This document shows positions 9,724 through 17,742 of a stretch of 64,000 nucleotides of DNA, one piece after another. A program made the translations under genes and the position numbers. Every line of letters starts with the position of its first letter. Position 1 is the first letter of the stretch. Where the stretch lies: positions 21,431 through 85,430 of IMG/VR virus record IMGVR_UViG_3300043568_000598. One strand, given 5' to 3'. Origin of the DNA: a virus. Below the pieces are notes generated by a model. It saw only the letters and a list, made by a program, of their open reading frames with translations, ran no database searches and was not told the DNA's origin.

Positions 9724-10026
9724 TTAGTCAGGTTCTACAATACACCACACATCGGATTCTGGCAAACACCAATATATTTCGTTGCCGACGACTATTTTAG
9801 ACCCTGCAGCCGGATGGCATAAGATTTCATCTCCGGCCTTAACAGTCATTGGTATTAAAACTGCTGTTTTTTCAGAATATTTTCCAGGGCCAACTGCTAT
9901 AACTGTGGCTTTAGATGTTCGCTCGTCTACAGCCGCAGGAGCAAGTACAATACCGCCAGAAGATACTTGTTCTGGCTCGTGTCTCTTAACTAAAATTCTA
10001 TCATGCGCTGGTTTTAAAACTGGCAT
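9724..10026 (-). CDS. groES: Co-chaperonin GroES
   Basis: LKPAHDRILVKR, SSGGIVL, VIAVGPG, VKAGDEIL; 100 aa; AAGGAG Shine-Dalgarno upstream. Confidence 0.9.
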   Translation of the reverse strand: MPVLKPAHDRILVKRHEPEQVSSGGIVLAPAAVDERTSKATVIAVGPGKYSEKTAVLIPMTVKAGDEILCHPAAGSKIVVGNEIYWCLPESDVWCIVEPD

Positions 10027-10157
10027 TTATTTCTCCTTAAATTGATTAACATATGCTCTCTTGGTGAAGTAGGGTATTTATAGTTGGCAATGCATAGGGT
10101 CGGCAGTTTGTGATATTATAGTTTTTTACGCTAAATATTTCTATATGTGGAATCCCG

Positions 10158-12242
10158 ATGACTGCTCCTATTAAAAACCTACGAGTAATACCCCGAGAAG
10201 CCGATTTTTTAGATAGAAAAATTGGCTCATCTGGTGAAATCTTTTATGACCGCGATCAAAATACACTAAGACTGTATGATGGAAATCTATTAGGGGGAAT
10301 TGTTCTTGCCAAGACAGATTTAACCAATATATCCAATGCTGTGTTCCTAGCCAAAGCTACTTCAGCAGGATTCAGTGGCGGAGTGCAGTCAGGCGTGGCT
10401 GGAAAAATAGCCTATTATCCGTCAAATGGTTCTCAAGTCAATGACTTAACTGCTTTAACATGGTTAGATGACTCGACCAATACGCTGGTGTTATCAGGTG
10501 TAATAGATATCACAGGCCAAAAAAATCGCATCAGATTCCATTGGGATACTCTAGCAGATCTTAACGCAGAAGTATCTCCTGTAGACTATCACGGCATGGT
10601 AGCACATGTGCATGACACAGGCAAACTGTATTATGCTCATAACGGTGCTTGGGTGCCTGTGGCAGCAGAAAGCAGCCTCCCTAACTCATTTAGTACCATT
10701 GCAATAGCCGGACAGCCATCAGTGACTGCAGACACAACCGCAGATACTCTTACACTTGTAGCTGGTACTGGTATTACACTGACCACAAATGCTGGCACAG
10801 ATACCATTACCATTACAGGCACAGCCAGCACAGGCAATATAACCTTTGCGGCCAACACCATAGACAGCACAGATAGCACAGCTATCACAGTGACTCCGGC
10901 AGTAAATTTTGAATCAGATGTTGTAGTAGGTAATGAAATTGTATTCGCAGACGGTTCAAGACAGAGTACTTCTGCTGTTGGTGTACCAGGACCACAAGGT
11001 GAACAAGGTCCACCTGGGGCTTCAGGAGCAGGCACGGGCGATGTACTCAGTGCCGGCGGCGGCTATGTGGACAATAGGATTGTTCGCTACGATGGAACCA
11101 CAGGCACAATCATACAGGTCAGTAGTGCCAGCATATCAGATGCTGGCCTGCTCACCGCTACCAGCTTCAGTGGTAACGGCAGTTTAATCACAGCTCTAAA
11201 TGCCACTGAATTAACCAGCGGTACTATACCTAATGCCCGCTTTCCAGCTACTTTGCCTGCAACATCAGGTGTCAATCTAACCGCACTAAATGCCACACAA
11301 CTAACTTCAGGCACAGTACCTGACGCACGATTCCCAGAGACTCTGCCAGCAACATCGGGTGTCAATCTAACCGCACTGAATGCCACCCAACTGACTTCGG
11401 GCACTGTACCTATAGGTCGTATAGGAGCCACAGGCACACCTAGTGCCAGCACCTATTTAAGAGGCGACAACTCTTGGGCCGAGGCCACAGGGGGGAGTGC
11501 TTCAGACAGCTTTAGCACCATAGCGGTAGCAGGACAAAGTTCAGTGGTTGCTGATTCGGCTACAGACACATTGACTTTGGTAGCAGGATCAAACATAACC
11601 ATAACCACAAATGCCGGTACAGATACCATAACTATTGCTGCTGCAGGTGGCGGGACTGCATCCGATAGTTTTGCTACAATTGCAGTAGCAGGACAAAGTT
11701 CAGTGGTTGCTGATTCGGCTACAGACACATTGACTTTGGTAGCAGGCACCGGTATTTCAATCACCACTGATGCCAGCACAGACACATTAACTATAAACAG
11801 CACAGTCACAGCAGGCGCCACAGCATTCACGGGACTTAGTGATGCAGTGTCTGCTTCATTAACTATAGATAAGATCTATCTACCTGCGATCACTATGCTG
11901 GTAGTAACCAATAACGGAGCCAGTGCATATCGATTTGATCAATACGGTGCTTCCGACGATCCTACAATTTTTGCTATCAATGGTACTACAATAGCATTTA
12001 ATTTGCAAGCAACTGGACATCCATTTTTAATTCAAGATAACACAGGTACTAATTTCAACACAGGACTCGTGCATGTAACTACGGCAGGAGTAGTGACTAC
12101 AGGCTCCTCAGCACAAGGCAAAGATTCAGGAACATTGTATTGGAAGATTCCCGACACTGCATCGGGTAGTTATAGATATCAGTGCGGAAGTCATGCTGCT
12201 ATGATAGGAACTATCACAGTGAAAAACTTTGGCAGTATTTAA
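10158..12242 (+). CDS. Tail fibre/virion fibre protein with internal repeats, short collagen segment and C-terminal cupredoxin-like domain
   Basis: GEIFYD..TLRLYDG N-terminus, Thr/Ala/Gly-rich body, GVPGPQGEQGPPG, TYLRGD, repeats, C-terminal GHPF...YQCGSHAAM. Confidence 0.8.
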   Translation: MTAPIKNLRVIPREADFLDRKIGSSGEIFYDRDQNTLRLYDGNLLGGIVLAKTDLTNISNAVFLAKATSAGFSGGVQSGVAGKIAYYPSNGSQVNDLTALTWLDDSTNTLVLSGVIDITGQKNRIRFHWDTLADLNAEVSPVDYHGMVAHVHDTGKLYYAHNGAWVPVAAESSLPNSFSTIAIAGQPSVTADTTADTLTLVAGTGITLTTNAGTDTITITGTASTGNITFAANTIDSTDSTAITVTPAVNFESDVVVGNEIVFADGSRQSTSAVGVPGPQGEQGPPGASGAGTGDVLSAGGGYVDNRIVRYDGTTGTIIQVSSASISDAGLLTATSFSGNGSLITALNATELTSGTIPNARFPATLPATSGVNLTALNATQLTSGTVPDARFPETLPATSGVNLTALNATQLTSGTVPIGRIGATGTPSASTYLRGDNSWAEATGGSASDSFSTIAVAGQSSVVADSATDTLTLVAGSNITITTNAGTDTITIAAAGGGTASDSFATIAVAGQSSVVADSATDTLTLVAGTGISITTDASTDTLTINSTVTAGATAFTGLSDAVSASLTIDKIYLPAITMLVVTNNGASAYRFDQYGASDDPTIFAINGTTIAFNLQATGHPFLIQDNTGTNFNTGLVHVTTAGVVTTGSSAQGKDSGTLYWKIPDTASGSYRYQCGSHAAMIGTITVKNFGSI
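11191..11411 (+). repeat. Intragenic 90-bp (30-aa) tandem repeat, about 2.5 copies
   Basis: LTALNATQLTSGTVP.ARFP.TLPATSGVN units; copies 11259-11321 and 11349-11411 differ only at six synonymous sites. Confidence 0.9.
11526..11746 (+). repeat. Exact 62-bp direct repeat inside a roughly 50-aa module present three times in the fibre
   Basis: gtagcaggacaaagttcagtggttgctgattcggctacagacacattgactttggtagcagg at 11526-11587 and 11685-11746; a diverged third module at about 10686-10815. Confidence 0.9.
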
Positions 12243-12517
12243 TTTTTCTGCGCTTGTGACCAGTCTCTAATTCTTGTTTCTAATTTTTTTCGTATGTCAG
12301 TGATATCCTGTTTCATATCACCTCCCATAGTAGGCAGCTGACGACTGTAAATCATCTCCATGTGCATGCTGTCTAATTTTTTTATTTCCGCAATTAGTTT
12401 ATTCAACAGTTGTTGAGATTCTTGTTTGACTGGGCCGTCAGGCATGGTGCCTATAGCAGCACGATATTTTGCGCAGTCCTCTTGAAATCTACTGGACCTT
12501 TGTAATAGATTTGACAT
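12239..12517 (-). CDS. Hypothetical helical protein
   Basis: 92-aa ORF filling the gap, overlapping both neighbours. Confidence 0.65.
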   Translation of the reverse strand: MSNLLQRSSRFQEDCAKYRAAIGTMPDGPVKQESQQLLNKLIAEIKKLDSMHMEMIYSRQLPTMGGDMKQDITDIRKKLETRIRDWSQAQKN

Positions 12518-12887
12518 TTTCCAACTCCAATATGGTTTCTATTTTTACACGTATTACTTGATTATTTAATGTGGTGCGTAGGCCTGAATGTAATTGTTTG
12601 GGCAAATGATTCAAATCTGCCCAACATACTGTGGCTGACACTGTGGTCAAAAATTCTTGCTCTACTACACATACATATGTTCCGTATTCAAACCCACGAT
12701 CTTCTGATAGATACAGCTCGATAGGTACTATACGACCCTGTGAGTATTGAGTCATTAGTGCGTGTGCATCCTCTAAGAGACTGTTGTTACGCTGAAATGT
12801 AGGCACGGTCCATCGATCGTTGTCTAGGATCAGTAGGATTCTACCTGTGGTTTTAGCTAAGAATAATAATCCGGCACGCTGTTGCAT
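12489..12887 (-). CDS. NUDIX-fold-like protein, catalytic box degenerate
   Basis: RAGLLF...TGRILL, WTVP, WADLNHLPKQLH; start moved to ATG 12887, 5 nt after TAAGTA. Confidence 0.55.
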   Translation of the reverse strand: MQQRAGLLFLAKTTGRILLILDNDRWTVPTFQRNNSLLEDAHALMTQYSQGRIVPIELYLSEDRGFEYGTYVCVVEQEFLTTVSATVCWADLNHLPKQLHSGLRTTLNNQVIRVKIETILELENVKSITKVQ

Positions 12888-12895
12888 GCAGATAC

Positions 12896-14473
12896 TTATC
12901 CGCCTGCTGCTTTGAAGTTCCATTCTCCTGGCATATACTCGCCTTCAAACGCCTTGAGCCATTGATCACCGTCCCACTTATACTTGATTCCTGTGCGAAT
13001 ATTTTGGATATGAGTGGGGGAGAATGTTTCCCCGGCCATATCGGCAGCTTCTAATGTGTTGTCCACAGGATTCCAAACGGTAGCCCATGTCTGTCCAGTC
13101 CATTCTACAATGGAGTTGGCTATGATAACAGGATCTGTTCCGTCTTGGTTTTCCCAACTTGAGTCGTTGTTGCTGGGATTGCGCCAAGCCTGTGGTCCTC
13201 TGTATGGAATCCGTGTGCTGTCTGCTGGGTTAGAAGGCAGATTAATGTATCCTCCACGATTCTCACTGTTGTTGACATCATCTAACATTAGGAATCGCAG
13301 TCCTAATGGTATCTGTGCATGCGATCCGTATACTTCTAGGGGATTGTACTTGTAAGGATCTATAATGGCGTCCACTGTACCTCTAGCAGCAATTCCCGGA
13401 ATTGTGCTGGCTATGTCGTCATTGGCAGGGTATGTGTCTGCATCTAGAGTCACCGTGAGTACAGTAGCGTCTAAAGGGTTGATCACAAACGTTCCTACTA
13501 TTTCAAATCCGCTGAATTTCTTAAACCACACTTCACTGCCCGGTACATATCCGCCTTGTACTTCTAAAATCTTAGCCCACTCTACAGGCTCACCATTTTT
13601 GTATTCACGCTGATCAAGCCCAGTTGATATCACTGCGTCTGTGGGATTCACTATCGTGAGATCATATTGGTTGTCATTGACTGAACCGGTGTTAGATTTA
13701 AACAGCAACACTCGATAACGTCCGTATGTTTTTCCAGCTAATGAAGTGTTAGGCTGTGAAGTATTGTATATGAGATCTGAAAGATTTAATACTTCACCTT
13801 GTTCTGTAAACACATTGGCCACTATGCTCTGTACTATGCCTAGCTTTTTAACCTTGGCTGGTGGTGATATAAATATCGGCATTTCAAAATCCATACTGCA
13901 GATGTCTATGTCTGATTCTGCACCTTGAGGAATAGTTCTGCTGGAAAAATTAGTGCTGGTCAAATACATGGCACTGAGACTGGTCCAGTCTATGTAGTTG
14001 TCTGTGGTCTGTAGTTCCAGGCTGGGATTAAACAGCACCAATATCTGTTCTAACAATTGCAGTTTTTGATCTGTATTTGAGGTCCACAGATCGGCTTTCA
14101 TAGTCAGTTTGAACGGAGTGGGCATGAGTCTTTCAACCGTGTAACTGCCGCCTTGAGCGCCAGCGTATTCTCTAGTACCACTGGCGTCTGTGAATCTACG
14201 TTCTCTTATGTGTATCTTAGATACAAATGTGGGATCACTGAGTCTACTGGTGTCCATTTCGATGCCTGTGATATAGCAGGCAATCCTTGGCACAGTGGGC
14301 ATTTTGTTTTCTGAATTGTCTTTGATCATGCTGGCCACTTGTCTAGTCAAGTCGCCGTACATTACAGGTATCTGTTTCTGCTCACCGTCCCCGGCTTGAT
14401 ATTTAAATCCAATGAACACACGCATGAATTGTGTAACATAGCGTCTTATCTGTCCGTCATAGTGAAAATCCAT
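12896..14473 (-). CDS. Tail terminator/sheath stabiliser, gp15-like, with C-terminal extension
   Basis: FHYDGQIRRY..QF...F, IPVMYGD, VPRIA, MPTPFKL..DLWT, QLLEQILVLFNP. Confidence 0.75.
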   Translation of the reverse strand: MDFHYDGQIRRYVTQFMRVFIGFKYQAGDGEQKQIPVMYGDLTRQVASMIKDNSENKMPTVPRIACYITGIEMDTSRLSDPTFVSKIHIRERRFTDASGTREYAGAQGGSYTVERLMPTPFKLTMKADLWTSNTDQKLQLLEQILVLFNPSLELQTTDNYIDWTSLSAMYLTSTNFSSRTIPQGAESDIDICSMDFEMPIFISPPAKVKKLGIVQSIVANVFTEQGEVLNLSDLIYNTSQPNTSLAGKTYGRYRVLLFKSNTGSVNDNQYDLTIVNPTDAVISTGLDQREYKNGEPVEWAKILEVQGGYVPGSEVWFKKFSGFEIVGTFVINPLDATVLTVTLDADTYPANDDIASTIPGIAARGTVDAIIDPYKYNPLEVYGSHAQIPLGLRFLMLDDVNNSENRGGYINLPSNPADSTRIPYRGPQAWRNPSNNDSSWENQDGTDPVIIANSIVEWTGQTWATVWNPVDNTLEAADMAGETFSPTHIQNIRTGIKYKWDGDQWLKAFEGEYMPGEWNFKAAGG

Positions 14474-15861
14474 TATAGGTCTGCCTCAGGTCTAAGAGCC
14501 TTGCTGAGACTCTGCTTTTCTTTGACTGTGTGTCCGTCTATGGTACTCACAGTAGGATTATTAATGAATGTGGCCTTCTGGGTCTGTCTTACATCTTTGC
14601 CTGCAAATGTGCCGGCGGCCACATCGCTGGCTCCAAGATTGCTCATAGTCATGCGCACATTATCTTCAAATTTACGCCATCTTGCCCCGTCGAATCTAAA
14701 CAGTCTGTTGGGTAGATAATCTGTTCGCAGTGCAAACTGTCCATTGATAGGATTGTTCGGGAAAGAAATGCCTGCGGTAAAAGGAGCACCATTAGGAGGC
14801 ACACCGTCTTCGGTTAGATAGCCATCATATCCATCTCCGTCTGACGTTAATATTACGCTGCTGGCAGTCTGCCCGACATACACAGGATTGCCGTCTGTGT
14901 CATACAACAGATTACCAGCTTCGTCGGTAGCCTGCGTAGCAGCATCTACTGTGACGTCTGTGGCATCTGTACTGGCCAATTCTACATCGCCGTCGGCAGT
15001 ACGTTGCAGTGTGTAGTACTTGCTGGTGTCGTAGCCGCTGCGTGGTGCATCTGCTTCTGCTTGATTTAATACCGCAGCAGTGATCTGCATTTCTTTTTCG
15101 TAGGTGCTGACTACATCTCTCAGCGTATCAGCTAACGCAAAATAAGTAGTGTTAGGAGGAGCCACACCCGTGACTTCTTGGATTACCTGATATTTTTTGC
15201 CGTTGGCAGCAAGTACAACATCATTAGGATAGTATGTTACGGTCGAGTTGTAAGTGCCTTTGTAGAATTCTCTGTCTGCGATATCGTCTAAGATCTGCTT
15301 GAATTCTTGACTGTCTACTAATGGCTTGCACTTGGCACGATACAGATGTGGGTACCATGTGGCTGAAAATCCTTCTGCTGCTCTGCTGACTTCTTCAATC
15401 ACAAAGAAACGTTTCAGCGCAAATGTCAAATCATTAAGAGCATACTCGTCTTTGAGGTGCGGCAGTTCTATAACATCGCCTGCTATAATTTTACGACCTA
15501 ATTTTTCTACAGTATCCGTGATGTGGAAAGTGATAAAAATAGTGTCATTCTGCAGGAACAAGCCGAACTGGCTGAGGTTAAAATCAATATCAGATATATT
15601 GTAGACTCCGCGCATCACATATACATCAGGATCATACTTGCGATCTCTATTTTCTAAAAACAATAGATCCTGTATGTTTGCTACATTATCAGTAGTGTAG
15701 TTAGGAGTGCTTGGAGTATCGCCCTGTATAGCTGTACCAGGACCTATGTATCTGTGCACCAGCACATCTGTACCGCCAACTTGGAACATTTCCCAGGCGG
15801 ATCTATCTATAAAGCGGAAATCGTTGCCCTTTTCGGGACGGTATAAACTGAGTCTTGGCAT
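14473..15861 (-). CDS. Neck/head-closure protein, gp14-like
   Basis: DLLFLENRDRKY, LSQFGLF, GDVIELPH; adjacent to gp13- and gp15-like genes; start MPRLSLY preferred. Confidence 0.65.
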   Translation of the reverse strand: MPRLSLYRPEKGNDFRFIDRSAWEMFQVGGTDVLVHRYIGPGTAIQGDTPSTPNYTTDNVANIQDLLFLENRDRKYDPDVYVMRGVYNISDIDFNLSQFGLFLQNDTIFITFHITDTVEKLGRKIIAGDVIELPHLKDEYALNDLTFALKRFFVIEEVSRAAEGFSATWYPHLYRAKCKPLVDSQEFKQILDDIADREFYKGTYNSTVTYYPNDVVLAANGKKYQVIQEVTGVAPPNTTYFALADTLRDVVSTYEKEMQITAAVLNQAEADAPRSGYDTSKYYTLQRTADGDVELASTDATDVTVDAATQATDEAGNLLYDTDGNPVYVGQTASSVILTSDGDGYDGYLTEDGVPPNGAPFTAGISFPNNPINGQFALRTDYLPNRLFRFDGARWRKFEDNVRMTMSNLGASDVAAGTFAGKDVRQTQKATFINNPTVSTIDGHTVKEKQSLSKALRPEADL

Positions 15862-15868
15862 AGTCATA

Positions 15869-15889
15869 TATTTACCGCTACGATAAATA
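15869..15889. promoter_or_regulatory. Back-to-back T4-late-like promoters (TAAATA on both strands)
   Basis: TATTTA 15869-15874 and TAAATA 15884-15889 between the divergent gp14- and gp13-like genes. Confidence 0.7.
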
Positions 15890-15894
15890 CTCGT

Positions 15895-16650
15895 ATGAGC
15901 ACATCAGACCAAGCCAAAAATTCTGTTTACAACTACTGCAAAACCATGCTAGGCGATGGTATGGTAGATGTAGAACTAGATCCCATCCATTACGACACAG
16001 CACTTAATCGTGCTCTAGCAGTTTTCCGCCAGCGTAGCGATAACGCTGTGGAAGAAAGCTATATGTTTTTAACCTTAACTGAGAGTACCAACGAGTATAT
16101 ATTACCTAAAGAAATACAACAGGTACGTCAAATATTCCGCAGATCAGTGGGCTCGAGAACTGGCAACGGCACAGGCGGTACAGTATTTGAACCATTTAAT
16201 TTGGCCTATGCCAATACCTACCTGTTAAGCAGCACTAACATGGGCGGTTTACTAACATATGAATTGTTTAGTCAGTATCAGGAATTAGTGGGTAAGATGT
16301 TTGGTAGCTACATTAATTTTACTTGGAATCCACAAAATCATAAAATTATCATACATCAACGCCCTCGAGGCGAAGAAAGTGTTATGCTAATGGTGTATAA
16401 TACCAAGCCAGACTTTGCTATCATAGACGATGTGTATTCTGGACAATGGATCAAGGACTACGCTCTGGCCAACTGCAAGATGATGCTAGGACAAGCTCGC
16501 AGCAAGTTTGGACAGATTGCAGGACCACAAGGTGGCACACAGCTCAACGGCACAGCACTGATCACAGAAGGCCAAACCGAAATAGAAAAACTAATGGAAG
16601 ATCTCAAAACTGGTATTACTACACAGGGTTGGGGTTGGATAACTGGTTGA
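15895..16650 (+). CDS. Neck protein, gp13-like
   Basis: LGDGMVDVEL, WIKDYALA..K.MLG.ARSKF, PQGG..LNG. Confidence 0.85.
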   Translation: MSTSDQAKNSVYNYCKTMLGDGMVDVELDPIHYDTALNRALAVFRQRSDNAVEESYMFLTLTESTNEYILPKEIQQVRQIFRRSVGSRTGNGTGGTVFEPFNLAYANTYLLSSTNMGGLLTYELFSQYQELVGKMFGSYINFTWNPQNHKIIIHQRPRGEESVMLMVYNTKPDFAIIDDVYSGQWIKDYALANCKMMLGQARSKFGQIAGPQGGTQLNGTALITEGQTEIEKLMEDLKTGITTQGWGWITG

Positions 16651-16676
16651 CATCTTAATTTCACACATGTTATAAT
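16647..16676 (+). promoter_or_regulatory. Sigma70-type promoter for dNMP kinase
   Basis: TTGACA-N18-TATAAT with TGn extension. Confidence 0.7.
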
Positions 16677-16696
16677 TGTTCTAAAGGGGACAATTT

Positions 16697-17353
16697 ATGA
16701 TCATAGGTGTATGCGGTTTTATAGGCTCGGGCAAAGACACCGTAGCCGACTATCTAGTCAATTTTCACGAATTTCGCAGAGAAAGTTTTGCTTCGACACT
16801 CAAAGACGCTGTAGCCAGTGTGTTTGGATGGGATCGAACTCTGCTGGAAGGACGCACTGCACAGGCTCGTGAGTGGCGAGAACAAGTTGATCCTTGGTGG
16901 GCAGAACGCTTAGACATGCCTACATTAACTCCTAGATGGGTTCTACAATACTGGGGCACTGAAGTATGTCGTAGATCGTTTCACGATGACATATGGATCG
17001 CTTCGCTGGAAAACAAGCTTCGTATGAGCAAGGACCATATTGTGATTTCAGACTGTAGATTCCCCAACGAAATCAAATCAATTAAAGATGCAGGTGGCCA
17101 GATTGTTTGGGTACAACGTGGAGAATTACCTGAGTGGTATGCTGATGCTATCAGTGCTAATCAAGGCAATAACGTAGGTCTTAATGCCATGAAGATGCGC
17201 AAAATACATGCATCAGAATGGGCATGGTTGGGCAGTGAGTTTGACAGCATTGTCAATAACAATGGTACCATCGATGAACTATATCGTCAGAGTGCAGAAC
17301 TAATAGTCAGCCACAAGATCGCCTTGTCGCCAAGTAATTCCCTCTTTGCCTAA
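16697..17353 (+). CDS. Deoxynucleoside monophosphate kinase (T4 gp1-like)
   Basis: GFIGSGKDT P-loop, FA..LKD, TPRWVLQYWGTEV.R, ISDCRFPNE. Confidence 0.92.
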   Translation: MIIGVCGFIGSGKDTVADYLVNFHEFRRESFASTLKDAVASVFGWDRTLLEGRTAQAREWREQVDPWWAERLDMPTLTPRWVLQYWGTEVCRRSFHDDIWIASLENKLRMSKDHIVISDCRFPNEIKSIKDAGGQIVWVQRGELPEWYADAISANQGNNVGLNAMKMRKIHASEWAWLGSEFDSIVNNNGTIDELYRQSAELIVSHKIALSPSNSLFA

Positions 17354-17638
17354 GATAGCAGCACAGTTCAAGCACACGGTTTTGAGATTATTTGGTCTGC
17401 AGTTGTTGAGATTTTCATCTATGTGGAACACCCTAAACACTTCTGTGTGCGGACTTTTGCACCCGCATTTTTCACACACGGTCTTGGGTTTGTATCCTGC
17501 ACGTTGCCAACGAGGAATATGCGCACCCGCACCGTGTGATAAACAGATTTCACAGAGTGTTCTATAGTAGGCACGAGAGTCTTTGTAGTAATTAATGGCT
17601 CTAGGTCTCTGTGCGCAGGCCTTGCATAGTGGTCGCAT
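17300..17638 (-). CDS. Zn-finger/HNH-like protein
   Basis: Four CxxC pairs; HIDENLNN..NNLKTVCLNC; TAAATA 4 nt upstream of ATG. Confidence 0.7.
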   Translation of the reverse strand: MRPLCKACAQRPRAINYYKDSRAYYRTLCEICLSHGAGAHIPRWQRAGYKPKTVCEKCGCKSPHTEVFRVFHIDENLNNCRPNNLKTVCLNCAAILGKEGITWRQGDLVADY

Positions 17639-17742
17639 GTGATATTTACCCTTTTAGACCCCTTTTGTTATGCACCTAACTCGCTGTTTTTGGAATAGTA
17701 TGCTAAATATTATGAGCAACTATTACCAGGAGAATAGGCGAT

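Noticed and set aside
11259-11411. Two 63-bp repeat copies whose six differences are all at adenines of the first copy, as in a DGR template/variable pair
   Set aside because: All six are synonymous third positions in an in-frame tandem repeat, first- and second-position adenines are untouched, and no reverse transcriptase is in the window.
10637-11830. Antisense ORFs over the fibre gene, and similar shadows elsewhere (e.g. 25005..25442, 29123..29554, 62878..63558)
   Set aside because: They lie wholly opposite or within well-supported genes, have no motifs, and are explained by codon bias.
17300-17638. Mobile homing endonuclease
   Set aside because: The HNH motif is degenerate (no terminal His), no interrupted gene is present, and it has its own late promoter.
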